Source: Lama glama (taxonomy: Eukaryota). Taken from it: a stretch of DNA of 64,000 bases. A program made the position numbers and the translations under genes. The stretch is from contig CM052832.1 of the NCBI GenBank assembly GCA_028534125.1, positions 20,648,001 through 20,712,000 on the forward strand, written 5' to 3'. This document shows, piece by piece, positions 25,102 through 38,629 of the stretch. A model generated the notes under the pieces. The model worked only from the letters and a program-made list of their open reading frames with translations. It did no database searches and was not told where the DNA came from. Each line of letters opens with the position of its first letter. Position 1 is the first letter of the stretch.

Positions 25102-27454
25102 CAGTCATACCTTGTCTTATAGTGCTTTACAGGTTTTTTTTTTTTTTTAAGTAAATTGAGAGTTTGTGGCCACCCTGCATCCAACATGTCTATCGGAGCC
25201 ATTTTTCCAACAGTATTTGCTCACTTTGTCTCCTGTGTCACATTTTGATAAATCTCACAAGATTTCAAACTTTTTCACTATTATTACATGTTCTGTGGTG
25301 ATCTGTGATCAGTGATCTTGATGTTACTATTGTAATTGTTTTGGGGGTACCATGAACCATGCCCATCTAAGATGGCGTACTTAACCAATAAATGTTGCAT
25401 GTGTTCTGACTGCTCCACCAACTAACCAATCTCTGTCTCTCTCCCACTCCTTGGGCCTCCCTATTCCCTGAGACACACGATATCAAAATTAGGTTACTAA
25501 TAACCCTACAATGGCTTCTAAGTGTCCAAGTGAAAGGAAGGCTTACTTCAAACCAAAAGCTAGAAATGATTCAGCTCAGCAAGGAAGGCATGGGGAAAGC
25601 AGAGATCAGCTGAAAGCTAGGCCTCTTGTGCCCGCTACTGAAGTTGTGAAGGAAAATTTCTCAAAGGAAATTATAAGTGCTTCACCACTATGCACACGAA
25701 TGATGAGAAAGTGAAACAGCCTTATTGCTGATATGGAGAAAGTTTGACTGGTCTGGACAGAAGATCAAATCAGCCACAACATTCCCTTAAAAAACAGACT
25801 AATCTAGAGGCCCTAACTCTCTTCCAGTCCATGAAGTCCAAGAAAGCTAAGAAGCTGCAGAAGAAAAGTTTGAAGCTCCCAGAGGTTGGTTCATGAGGCT
25901 TAGGAAAAGAAGCCGTCTCCATACATCACAGTGCAAAGTGAAGCAGCACGTGCTGATAAGGAAGCCGCAGCAAGTTATCCAGATGATCTAGCTCAGAGAA
26001 TTAATGAAGGTGGCTACACTAAACAACAGATTTTCAATGCAGATGGAACAACCTTCTGTTGGAAGAAGAGTCATCTAGGGCTTCCATAGCTGAAGAGGAG
26101 AAGTCACCGCCTGGCTTCAAAGCTTCCCAGGACAGGCTAATTCTCTTGTTCAAGGCTAATGCAGCTGGTGACCAGAATTAAAGCCAGTGCTCATTTACCA
26201 TTCTGAAAATCCTAAGCCCCTAAGAATTATGCTAAACTACTCTGCCTGTCCTCTATAAATGGAACAACAAAGCCTGGGTGGCAGCACATGGGTTGACAAC
26301 ATGGTTTATTGAATATTTTAAGCCAAATGTTGAGACTTTATTCTCAGAAAAAGATTCCTTTCAAAATATGACTGCTGACTGAAAATGCACACGGTCACCC
26401 AAGAGCTTTGATGGAGATGTCCAGTGAGATGAATGTTGTTTTCATGCCTTTAACACAGCATCCATTCTGCAGCCCACAGATCAAGAAGTCATTTCAACTT
26501 TCAAGTCTCATTATTTAAGAAATACATTTCATAAGGCTATGGCTGCCATAGACAGTGAGTCCTCTGATGTATCTGGACAAAATAAATTGAAGACTTTGTG
26601 AAAGAGAGTCACCATTCTAGATGCCATTAAGAACACTCATGATTCATGGGAAGAATTTTTTAATGCTAAAATATCAACAGTAACAGGATTTTGGAAAAAG
26701 TTGATTCCAGCCCTCATGGATGACTCTGGAGGGTTCAAGACTTCAGTGGAGGAAGTAAGTGCAGATGGGGTGGAAATATCAAGAGAAGTAGAATTAGAAA
26801 TGGAGCCCGAAGATGGGACTGAATTGCTGCTATTCCAAGATAAAACTTTAATGAATGAGGAGTTGCTTCTTATGGCTGAGCAAAGAAAGTGGTTTCTTGA
26901 GATGGAATCTACTCTTGGTCAAGAGGCTGTGAAGATTGTTGAAATGACAACAAAGGATTTAGAGTATTACATAAACTTAGTTGAGAAAGCAGCAGCAGAT
27001 TTGGAGAGGACTGACTCCAATCATGAAAGAACTTCCACTGTAGGTAAAATGTTATCAAACAGCATTGCATGCTACAGAGAAATTGTTCATGAAAGGAAGC
27101 ATCAATCCACGAGGAAAACTTCATTGTTGTCTTATTTTAAGAAACTGCCACAGCTACCCCTGATCAGTCAGAAATCATCAAAATCCAGGCAAGAACCCTC
27201 AATCAGCAAAACGACTATGACTTGATGAAGGCTCAAATGATGGCTAGCATTTTTTAGCAGTAAAGTATTTTTAATTAATATATACTTTTTTTTAGATATA
27301 ATGCTATTACATGCTCAACAGACAACAGATTAGTGTAAACATAATTTTTATGTGCGTTGGGAAACCAAAAACATTGTGTGACTCACTTTATTGTGATATT
27401 CACTTTACTGAAGTGATCTGGAACTGAATCTGCAGTATCTTTGAGATATGCCTG
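25102..27454 (+). mobile_element. Tigger1 (TcMar/pogo) DNA transposon, nearly full length (2353 bp)
   Basis: TA TSD at 25100-25101 and 27455-27456; termini cagtcatacct... and ...gagatatgcctg; internal transposase remnants. Confidence 0.96.
25511..27225 (+). pseudogene. Decayed Tigger1 pogo-family transposase (CENP-B-type HTH and DDE domains); C-terminal 174 codons still open
   Basis: Starts MASKCPSERK at 25511. Frameshifted blocks include [39 protein letters not shown] and [18 protein letters not shown] 26701-27225 reads GFKTSVEEV...EMTTKDLEYYINLV...STVGKMLSNSIACYREI. Confidence 0.93.
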
Positions 27455-28247
27455 TACTAAGTAATCTTCCTTATTGCATTTATTCCATTTCTTGTGTTTT
27501 TCTTATCTTAAGGTAAGATAAGATAATGAGAAAAATTAAAGATGGCTAATTATTAAAAGATTGTTTATTAAAAAAGATAATTTTGCTTTTTGTCAGCTAT
27601 TGCTAACCAAAAAAGACCCCCCAAAATGCTGCCTTGGAGTTACAATAAACTTTGCTTTACCAAGGATTATAGAGAAGCCATTGAGCAAACATGATGTAAG
27701 CATCAGATACTGATGGTATAAGTTGAGTGAAGAGGTAATGAGAATCTAAGGAGAAATAAGCCAGTGAAAAGCCTGCTATTGATGACAAATTCACAGGGTA
27801 GCAATGGTTTCAGAAGACGGTCATTGCATGTATCTGTTGCTTTTTACATGACACTTTGATAGAACTGAAGTCAAGTCTCAGAGGTGAAAGCACAGTGGCA
27901 GTAAGCCAAAGTCTTAGAGAGGTCCTTATCATCACATCCATCCCTGGCCAAAGGTATTCCAAGAAAGAATCCTCAAATCATAAGGGCATCCTTGGGATAC
28001 AGGGAAAGGCAGGATAACTGATTGGAGTAATTCTTTCTTGTGTGTTACGCCCCAATACCTTGATCTCTCCATGAAGAACCTAGGTGTTAAGAAGGCTTAA
28101 GTTGATGAATATGTGTGGCTGAGTTAGGAAGATCTGGGACAATCTGATTTGGGGGGGGGCTGGTCATTTAACAACTTCCCTGAGATTAGGGCCAGTGCTA
28201 GAATTTAAAAAATGGAAATAATATACACTTAGTTAACCAAACACCTT

Positions 28248-28620
28248 GAATCTGGAAATTAACTAAAAACAAACACACAAAACAAACAAACAAAGGCAAA
28301 ACAAGACCTAGAATCACAGATACAGAGAAAGGGCAGGTGGTTGCCAAAGGGGAGAGGTGTGTGTGTGGAGTGTGTAATGAATGAAGGGGATTAAGAAGTA
28401 CAAACTTCTAGTTACAAAATAAATACCTTACGGAGGTATAAAGTACTGCATTGGGAATACAGTCAATAATATTGCACTAATTTTGTATGGTGACAGATGA
28501 TAACTAGACTCATTGCGGTGATCATTTCTCAAGTTATCTGAATGACAAATCACGATGTTGTACACCTGAAACTAATACAATATTGTATGTCAATCATACC
28601 TCGACAACTTTTTAAATAAG
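28248..28620 (+). mobile_element. L1 3' UTR (Laurasiatherian-age subfamily)
   Basis: cagatacagagaa...gtggttgcca...gtacaaacttctagttacaaaataaat...ttgtatggtgacagatg...gttgtacacctgaaactaatac. Confidence 0.88.
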
Positions 28621-28915
28621 GACAAAATAAAAATGAAAACAGATGGACACACATCTTCAAATGCCAACATTTGTACCTGAGACTTACAATCTGGAAGGAC
28701 TCAATCAGGTAGAATGCAAAAATCTTTTCTAGATTTCATGGGCTTTGTCCAGTCTCCGAACCTTCATTGATTTTCATTTAAACTCATTATCACACCCTCC
28801 ACATTACCCTTTCCACTTCTATTCCTAACTCAAGGGCTGTAAGAAAAACTTGTACTCCTAATTAAAAGCTGAAAATCCATTAAAATAAATTTTAATTTCA
28901 AGACATGTCAAACTT

Positions 28916-29092
28916 ATACTATATGTAAAACATATAAGCAACAAGATTTACTGTATAGCACAGGAAACTATATTCAGTATCTTACAATAATCCATTATGG
29001 AAAAGAGTCTGAAAAAATATGTATAAGTGAATCACTTCGCTGTAATCTGAAACTAACACAATATTATAAATCAACTATACTTCAGTAAAAAT
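28916..29092 (+). mobile_element. L1 3' end with a 10-bp TSD
   Basis: aacaagatttactgtatagcacaggaaactatattcagtatctt...tcaactatacttcagtaaaaa; TSD tgtcaaactt at 28906-28915 and 29093-29102. Confidence 0.88.
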
Positions 29093-29450
29093 TGTCAAAC
29101 TTGGTTATCAATACTATTTTAGGGATTATTATTATTTTTTGCATATTTGCTCCTCTCTGAAACAAAAGCTGGCTTTCCTACCTGTAGGAAATAGCTGTAT
29201 GAGAAAGGAAATACATCTGAAGAATTTCTGGCCATTGAGATATTTGGTGTCAGCAGTGCTGTGATTGTCCATCCATGGGCAAAACTTTTTACTGCCCTAT
29301 TTTTATGTAAAATGTGCTTAGAGTATAAAACTTGTATAGATCCACCAGATTCTGTATCTACATTGTTCTTTCATCTTCATTCAACTTATGCCTCCATTAG
29401 AAGAGAGAAGAGGTTCTCCTTCATGTTTTGAAAATGTATATGCTCGTCAC

Positions 29451-29752
29451 TTTTTTTATACACTATTTTTTAGAGCAGTTTTAGGTTCACAGCAAAATTG
29501 AGTGGAAGGTGTATTTCCCATAACCACACATACACAGCCTCCCCCACAATCAACATTCCACACCAGAATGGTACGTTTACTATAACTGATAAACCTACAC
29601 TGATGCACCATTATCATTCAAAGCCCTCAGCTTACACTAGGGTTCGCTCTTGGTGGTGTGCATTCCGTGGGTTTTGACAAACGTATAATGACACGTATTC
29701 ACCATCACAGTATCACACAGATTAATTTCACTGCCCTCAACGTCCTCTGTGC
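29451..29752 (-). mobile_element. L1MC1/2-like 3' end
   Basis: ttttttagagcagttttaggttcacagcaaaattgag...caccagaatggtac...gggttttgacaaacgtataatgac; possible TSD tgct(c/t)gtca(c/t)tttt at ~29441 and ~29750. Confidence 0.85.
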
Positions 29753-30136
29753 TTGTCATTTTTGATGCTGAATTTTGATTAAAAATATTTCTGCTACTGC
29801 TAAATAAAGATATTATAAGGTAATTTTTTAGTGAGATATGTTAATCCAATATAGGTTTAAGGACCATATTAAATGCTGTATTGTTTTGTTTTGTGAATCA
29901 AATGTTATTACACATATGCTAATAGACTCATTCAACTGGTCTTCAAATTCAAATCACATATTTAGACAGCAATCCCACAGGTATATACATACAGTCTGTA
30001 TGTGCAATAGTTATTGCTGAGAAATATCTGCCCATTTGGGAATGGCGGTGTCACCTGAGACCACATTCTAGTTGCCAAAAATAAAGCCATTTTCATTATT
30101 TCCACTCTAGCAGGTCCAGATGTCATAACTCTTTCT

Positions 30137-30420
30137 CAGTGTTTCACAGGACTCGAGTCCCAGGGTATGTTCTCTTTAAATAGGATTCTGTGAACAAATA
30201 CATTTGAGAAATGGTGCATACTATAGTTTTCTTTGGGCAATTTACAGAGTATATCAGTCATTTAAAAATTCTGTGAAGTCCCACACCAAATAACTTGTTT
30301 AATTTCACTTAACCCAGGATTTTGCAAGCTTATGTAATGATGGAACACTAGGGATTTAAAAAATGCATCCCACAGACAAGCTGCAACAAAACTATAGGGA
30401 GAGTTTTTTTGGAGATGCAA
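30137..30420. mobile_element. Old hAT-Charlie-like DNA transposon remnant
   Basis: cagtgtttc...aaatacatttgagaaatg...ttgtttaatttcacttaacccagg...; family not resolved. Confidence 0.45.
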
Positions 30421-31848
30421 GTTCTAATAAAACAAAATAGAAGAAGATAGCTCATGCCATTAATATTTTTTTAAAATGCATGTGTAATTTAATGTTTTAT
30501 ACTTTACTTTCCCCATGTTATATTTTAATATTAATTTGATATTTTAAAACAGTGAATTTGAACCACTGTATCTGATGCTTAATGGAGTTCTTCAGAAGTC
30601 TCACCAATTTTTTATTAATAGTTGCAATAAATTTGTGGTAGTACACATTTCAGATTTATGAGCAAAGACTCAAAAGCAATAACCTCAAATTCTACTTACA
30701 CTAGAATACAGTAATATATACTCAGAGAGTTTATGATCACCTACAATGCATATTCCACAAAAAAAATATATATTGTGCCAAATAAATGTATAAATCAATC
30801 ATAGGATTTAGAGGATTAGATTCTAACTATGTATTTTTAAAATAAAGGTGATGATGAAAAATAATTAACTTATAAGCAAATTACTTATTTGCATCCGCCT
30901 TGTAATGGGAATAGTTACATACCTTGAATGGCTATTAAGAGAATTAAGTTACATGAATGTAAAGCATCTAGTCTCATACCTCATATTTAATACTGTATCA
31001 AAATTAATCAGCTTTATTAAAATTTTCTGTCAAACAAATCATGACAAAATTTGGTTTTGTGTATACTCTTAATCACATGTATATGAATATATTTAACCTA
31101 AGAAACAGGCAATGCTCATAGCGAAATAAGAATAATCAATGTATTCCCAAAGTTTAAATTATTCCTTCTCTTCCAAAATGTAACTATTCACATAAAGGCT
31201 TTGACTGTAGCTTTTAGCCCATAGGAGAGACTTTCTGTGGGTTATCACAATTAGGGTTTGTATCTTAATTTTCCGGTAAGGTAGTAAAGCCTAGTAATAC
31301 TAACAAACAAGTTCACGTATAAATTTATGACTGTCTGTAATGTTTATAATCAAAGCACACATCTGCAGTTATGCCAAGAATTTTAAAAGTACACAATAGA
31401 AGAAGTTTCTTCCCTCATGCACCCAATTCATGGATACATTTCAACTGTTAATAATAAACTCAGAGTCAGGCAAAGATCATCCAGCCTCCATCACAGGATG
31501 GTAGCTACATACACACATCCCATTTCTTTCTCAACACTATACACACCTGTGGGAAACAACTAATACAGCTGTAAAAACTATCGTGAATTCTTCAGAATAG
31601 TACGAAATCAAGAGAATGGTTTTTTACATATATTGGCTACCAATTTTGGACATAATTTTTCTAGTTTTAATAACAGTCATTAAAGAAATGTAGGAAGTAG
31701 AGAAAGGTCAATAAAAATCAGTAATAATGGTAGTACAGGTAAATGTCCTAGTAAAATTTTTGGTAACTGTGTGTATGTATCTGTGCGCACACATAGTGAA
31801 AATGCATCGTATGTGCTTGTTTTTTAACTTACATATAACATTTATGTA

Positions 31849-32090
31849 CAATCATCCCTCGGTATCCACAGGTGACCTGTTCCAGGACCACAACAGATAC
31901 CAAAACCTGCATATGATCAAGTCCCTGATACAAAGTGGCGCTGGATTTTCATATAACCTAGGCACATCTTCCTGTGTATTTTAAATCATCTCTACATTAC
32001 TTAGAATAGTTAATACAACCTAAATGCTATGTAAAGGTTGTAAATACTATGTAAATGTATGTAAACAGTTGTAAGGGCACAAATTCAAGT
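31849..32090 (+). mobile_element. MER2/MER2B (TcMar-Tigger) element, truncated
   Basis: ta|caatcatccctcggtatccacagg...ttccaggacc...gataccaaaa...caagtccctgata...atataaccta...ttaaatcatctcta. Confidence 0.88.
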
Positions 32091-32207
32091 ATCTTATGGA
32101 ATCCAAGAAACTGCTGAACTAGCAAGCTTCAGAAAGGGCAGAAATCAAGGCAATTCCAGAGGCCTCAATGCTGGGAGCTTGGGGAGTTTGTGTATCTTTT
32201 CTTTAGA

Positions 32208-32382
32208 GCAGTGGATTGGACTCTGGCTACATCTTAAAACCACTGGATAAGACTGCTTTAAAGTACCATACCCAGGCCCCATTCCAAACCAATTAAAGCA
32301 GTTTTGGGGGTCAAGGCCTATTCAGCAGTATATTTTAAGTTTCCCCTGGGATTTTAAAGTACAATCAATATGTAACTACTCT
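32208..32382. mobile_element. MER5-like hAT-Charlie element
   Basis: cagtgg...ctggctacatc...cccaggccccattccaaaccaattaaa...ttttaagtttcccctgggatttt. Confidence 0.7.
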
Positions 32383-32566
32383 AAAGGGCTGCCTTTAACA
32401 TAGTACGGCCGCAAACAGCTCCTAGTCTCAGTGTGCTTCTCTCAGCTCAGCATTCAGAATCCCAAGGACAGAGAAGGTGACTAATCCAATTTGACACAAA
32501 TGTAGACATTGGCTCTAAGAGTCATGGCTCGAGGGGAAGCTCATGAACCAGAACATGGCTACAGAG

Positions 32567-32652
32567 TAGGGTGACCAGATGTCCCAGCTGCCTGGGCCTG
32601 AGGAGTTTCCTGGGATATCAGACTTTAGGACTAAAACTGGGACAGTCCCAGT
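32567..32652. mobile_element. MER94-like hAT-Blackjack fragment
   Basis: tagggtgaccagatgtcccag...ggagtttcctgggata...ctaaaactgggacagtccca. Confidence 0.7.
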
Positions 32653-35600
32653 TATTTAAAAAAAAAAATCGATAAAACAGAGGTAAGTTTGGTGATGTAG
32701 ATTACAGAAACTCTTATGAATTTAGTACACCAAGCAGCAAAAATCTTAAATCTATATACTTAAAAGAAATAACTTTTACTTCTATAAATTCTGTATTAAT
32801 GCTCTAAGATACCTGAGACCAACTTCATAACCAAACCTAAAACCACAAATATATAAACACAAAAACGTCAGAAATGTTATCTCTGAAAGCCAAATGTCAT
32901 CCTTTTTCACATTTTAAAATGAAAACATTACCAAAAGTAGGACACTTTAACTTAAACTGACAGGCTATTTCAAGAGTCCCTGCTTTCTGCTAGTCAGATG
33001 TGGCTGGATGACTTTTTACTTTAATCTTAATTGTTTCTAATTCAGTAGGCCAAGGGACTGTCTGGTCATAAGGTGATGGCAAGGGGGAGGATACAAACAC
33101 TTATAGGGGAAATTTTTCTGATTATAATAGCACATCTGGAAACAGATGATCACAACAACCTCAAATTACAGACCCTGCGATGAACATAAATCATCATTCA
33201 ACACGATGGGCGTTCTAGAAATCTACTGCACAGCTTCTAGGAGAAGCAGAAAGATCTAGAGGTCCCTAGGACTCCCAAAACAAAATAAACAACACCAGTG
33301 CGCACAAGGCATCTGGGAACACAGAATGTAATTTGTTATACACAAGAAGTCTGGGTAAGTTGAAAATTCCCTTCAGTCGTACAAAGAAGTCTACAACAGA
33401 TTTAACGCTGAAAGTTTCACACTGACTCAGGATATATTCTGCAGAGGAAAACCAGTGTCCTTGGAGTCCAGAAGGAAGAGCTCATCAATATAATGCAGAA
33501 CCAGCCTAACAATGGATGCCATCCCGCTGACAGGAACCACAGCTACACAACTCCAAGCTGAAACAAGTACAAATTACCGCCTGTGACATATACATGTTTT
33601 GGGAAATGCATTCTAAGAAATCATCTTGCTGTGGGAGTCTGAAAATGAGACAGGTCTCATGATTCTGGTGCTCCTATAGAGATTATAATCACATGGACAA
33701 TAAATGTTAAGTTTTCAGACAAAGACTAACTACAAATAAAGAAACACAAAGGATAAAAGGGCAATGTTCCTCCCCACAAGACACTGGCTTTTCTGAGCTC
33801 TAGTTGTCTGGTTAGCCTACATTCTAAATCTTTCATTCTTCACTTAGGCGATGGGAAATTGTTTATATTCCTCAAAACATTCAAATGATCAAATAATACG
33901 GTAGACGAAAAAACAAAGAGGAAAATCAGGATAAAGCTGATTGTTGTTCGCTAGACTAGTTCAGTTAACACTACAAGAAGAAAAATAAAATAATTCAGAT
34001 TAAGTGTGAATTTTAAAGGCCTAAAAATAACTTGTCTGGTTGGATTTTCCCAAATCTGTACGTTTATTCCCTCAGCCTTTACACTAAGTGTACTTCTCTC
34101 TCAACAGCACAAGCCCCCGTTAAAACAGCCTTCTCACAGAAAACCAGAGGTCCAAGTTATTAGGGAAATTATGAGGCATTTTTCTATCTATTTTGGTCTC
34201 AATTTGCCTGAACAGAAGCTCTGAAGATCGCTGAATCCTTTCAACGTTTTGCTATTACTTTCCCTCATTTCTCTTGAAATGAGGCTTCCTGTCAGAGCTG
34301 TCATTTGAATTCTTGTGTTGGGGAGTTCCTCCTTTTTCACCTCAGTTTTTTTCATTTCTCACCATATACTAAACCCGATTCCTACAAAATCTGGGTTGCA
34401 CCACACCTGAAACCACCACAGCTGGGTGACATTCAGGTTACCTCGTCTCAAAACATCTGTTCTTGAACTGAGTAGCACGTTTGTGACCACCTGAGGCCCA
34501 CGTCGGAGGAAAGGAAGGATCCTGCAGTCTTAACAGAAGTTCTGCAGAGGCCGTGCGGCTGAATCCAAGTTTTGTTTCCCTGGTTCTTTTGTACCCACAC
34601 ACACGATGACAACTGTTTGGCTCAAGAAGTGGTCGTCAGGGTGACCACATCTCAAAACTCAGTGTCTGACCTCTGGCTGCTCAGGTGCATCTGGGGAGAT
34701 CACATCTCTGGACTCTGGACCCGTACATCCATAGGTGAAACTTTTCAAACTGAGAAAGCCAACAAAATAGCTTTTTCTCTTTCACATGTCTCGTTAGGTC
34801 AAAAAGAAAGGAACTGTTGGAAATCCTAGCACTTTTGTTCAGAAAAGCCCCTTAACTCACTTGCTTGGACAAACCTAGAGACAAACCTAACACTCCTGCA
34901 TTTATGTGACCCTATTCCAAATCCCACGGGTTAACATCCGGACACTGGAAAGGACGAGGACAACATAGCCACAGGAGCTCATTCTCCACTTATTTACAAA
35001 CTTGAGTCATTTTTGCATTTCCAACTGGTCAGCATTTTGCTAACGGGGAATGTAGCACGGAACCTCAGAGTGTTTTTCTAAATTTGAAAAGTAACCTCTG
35101 GAGTTTAGGCCTCTGGGGAGCCCCAAGGTGCCTCTCCCAGCACGCACACTTGTCTAGGCTGTCTCAGCTGTCCTCCCGGGGAAAGGGGCAGGCCTGGCCC
35201 CTGCCCTACAGGCTGCTGCTAACTGGGCCAGTGTGGAGCGGCAGGACTGCTGACTCCTGGGTGATCCTTGGCCAGAACTTAAATCAAAGACTCCAATCCA
35301 GGGGTCTTAAGACAAAACCCTTAAAGCTCTCAAAGGCATGCCCAAACAGAACCTTAAGACATATAGAAAGAAAAGATAAGGCAGCTTTGAGAAATGAAAG
35401 AAGTAGAAAGCTACCTGAGTCTGGGAACTTGCTGTCAGTTGCCAGGAAAAACCCAGAGGTAGATGTCGGGTCTGGGACAGAGAGGGTGCTGTTTAATCAC
35501 AAACACTGTCTTCAGATGACCAGAATCAACCAAGTTAAATAAAAACAAAATCTAGTCACATCCTAGAGAAAAGAAACTGAAGCTGAATAACTGAATCAGT

Positions 35601-37722
35601 GTTGTCATTAAGACACATCACACTTGGCTTAATTGGCTCCATTTTCATGGTCTATCTAAATACTTAGGACGGTTCGAAACTTTCACCTTTGCCTCATGGT
35701 AGTGATGCATTTTCATAAGGCTACATGAACTATATTTAAGGGTTGAAATCTTGCTGGCAAAATAATTAAACCACTCAAAATTCCTGAAAACGTTTTCAAA
35801 AGTGTGCTGTACAGTACCTAAAATAGAGGAATGCAGCTTGTAAAAGCTAGGCTTACCCTAGCAAGAGGCTCAGGAAAGCAGCTGCCTTCAGAACCATGAA
35901 AGGAACTGGGGAAAAATCAGAAAAGAAGAAAATATATACTAGGAAAAGATTAGTAGGGAAATAATTATTTTTTTTAAGTCCAATGTCTGTATCTCAGGGA
36001 TGGCAGGGCAGCATGACCTGCAGTGTCTACTCTGCCGACCTTGTCCTTTTTCCCAACCCATAGAGGACAGACCTTTAGGTCAGGTAGGACCTCAGGAACT
36101 GGCCAGGACTGTGCAGCCAAGAGGTAACTCACTTAGTGAGCTTAGGAAGGGTTTCGTTGCCCTGGTTCTCTGACCTAAGCAAGATGACTCTGCGCGGAAT
36201 GGGGCAGGTGGACTGGTCCCATCTGTCCTCACCTTATTCCGTGGAAATGAGCTGCTTTTTGGGTGTACATAAACCCCCAAACTGATAGAGTAACCCTTCA
36301 TTTTTCATACATAACACTGGATGAGCCCCACTAAATACTAACAGACTTCACAGTCTGCATGGGAAATTCAAGACTACTAAATCAGGGTCACTTTTAATAA
36401 AGCTCTCCAATACAGACTCCCGCTGGAGTACTGATACACTTAGAATTCCACTTTTTGGTAGGAGAACAATGGCCTGTAGATACCAGTCTGGCATCCAACT
36501 CCAATTGTCTAGTAAACAATTTCTTAAAAAGAATCTGAAATTACTAAAGAATGTAAATAGGATTAAATCCATCCCCAAACACTGCCTGTCTATATATTGT
36601 GTTGTAACATGAGTTGCTATAAATGAGACTGAAAAGCTCTTTCTTTCCAGTCTTAACTGGAAAAACACCGCCACCTTCTCATTGCCCTCCAAGTTGTGTG
36701 TGTTTTCTCGTTGTTAGAGAAGTTCTCACTTTCATACATTTAATTTTCAATGCCAGGGGATGCCAATGTCATCTGGAGTAAGAGTCACTCTCTGGCTTTC
36801 AGAATGACAGATTCCACAAGTCTGTAACACCACTGGCGTATAACTGATGAAAACTCACTAGTTTCAGCAGACCAAAGCTGCGATTTCCTGTACAAAACAT
36901 ATTGAAACAGAGCCCCCTGTCATCACCTGCTATCATTGGGACAGATCTGCGCCTTGTGTACCTCCACAGGGATTCTCATTGTGCTGAGATCTATAAAAAA
37001 AAATTCCAAAAATCCACCACCTCATTTTCAAGGTGTGAATATACCCTCTCATTATCCATCAGTTATTGAGCACTGGCAGTGCACCCGGCACCTGTTATGA
37101 CAGAGGGTATTTTCATAGCAATTCTGTACATAACCAGTGCCACCACTGCCTCCCCCCAACTCCCACACAACAAAGGAAAGAGAAGACTACAGGTGTCTAC
37201 ATGTGTTGAAAATGTTACTAGAATTCTGCCTTCAACCCACCACTTACCTACAGATAGGAAATTACCTCTCTAGGGCTACAAATGAGCTTTGCAAAAAAAA
37301 GAAAATTTTACTTTCATGCACAGAAAATACCAAGTTTAACTATCTTCAGTCTCCAAATTTGTACCCCCATGAGACTAATGGAACTCTACCTATTAGAATG
37401 AAATAAGTAAAAAATGATTAATATTACCCAGTATAATTAAGACATTTAATATTATATTATTTCTCCTACTTTTCAGATCTGCCAACAAAATGACGAACAA
37501 TAACAGTCACATGTAAGATGTAGGGAGGATTTAGCGAGGACAAATGACCATTCTGATGCTAACACACATTGAACACAATTCATTGCTACCTTATTCATCT
37601 CATTCCACCATATTTCCTGAATCTCAACCCTTGATTAGATGCTTAGGAGAATTTTTAAATTTGTAAGCATTCTTAAGTTTTGAAAAACAGAAGTTTAATC
37701 CAATTAAATCTATGTATAGATA

Positions 37723-38212
37723 CAGGAATATCTTATTTTAGTGCAGTCATTTTATTGCAATTTGCAGAAATTGCTTTTTTTTTTTAATACAAATTTAATG
37801 TTCTGGAAGCCCTGTCTGAGCAAGTCTATCAGCACCATTTTTCCAATAGCATTTGCTCACCTTGTGTCCCTGTGCCACATTTTGGTAATTCTCATAATAT
37901 TTCTAACTTTTTCATTATTATTGTATTTGTTATGGTGATTTGTGATCAGTGATTTTTCATGTTACTACTATGTCTGATCAGTGATCAGATGATGGTTAGC
38001 ATTTTTTAGCAATAAAATCTTTTTAAATTATGGCATGTACATTGCTTTTTTAGGCATAATGCTACTGCACACTTAACAGACTACAATATAGTATAAACAT
38101 AACTTTTGTATGGACTGAGAAACCAAGAAAATTGTGTGACTTGTTTTATTTCCATATTGACTTTATCGCAGTGGTCTGGAACCAAACTTGCAGTATCTTT
38201 GAGATATTCCTG
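37723..38212 (+). mobile_element. Tigger1 internal-deletion derivative (Tigger1a-type MITE, 490 bp)
   Basis: The left ~245 bp match the start and the right ~235 bp match the end of the Tigger1 at 25102-27454; 5' TA present; TIRs caggaatatct/agatattcctg. Confidence 0.92.
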
Positions 38213-38629
38213 GCATATAGGTTGGTAGGTATTCAAAATGTAATCAATATTAACACAGCAATGTCAGAAGTTAAAACTAAATAGTCTATATTCAGCATAC
38301 ACTATTGGTAAAATAGAAATGAATTCTTTTATTTCTACTTCCACATAAGTATTGTATAAATGCACTAGAATACCACAAGCCCCATTTGTCAAGGACACTA
38401 AGAGATTAATTGGAATGGAAAATGGCAGATTTATATGTGTGTTTTTATACACGTTTCCCATCTTCGGGGAAACTCACTTTTAATTGCTTTTCTAATTTTA
38501 AAAAGTATTCCATTTAGATTACTTGCCGTTTTCTCCATGGCTCACCCATAAGCTAACTGATGGGAAAAGACTGAGATGAAAAAAACACATAAAATAAGAA
38601 ACAGGGAGGAATAATCATAAATATGGATG

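Noticed and set aside
27501..27523. 10-bp perfect inverted repeat tcttatctta-agg-taagataaga (similar short hairpins near 22890 and 22950)
   Set aside because: Short and low-complexity, expected by chance; bacterial terminator logic does not apply to this DNA.
35084..35542. 152-aa plus-strand ORF
   Set aside because: TTG start, no domain and no exon boundaries; explained by locally higher GC.
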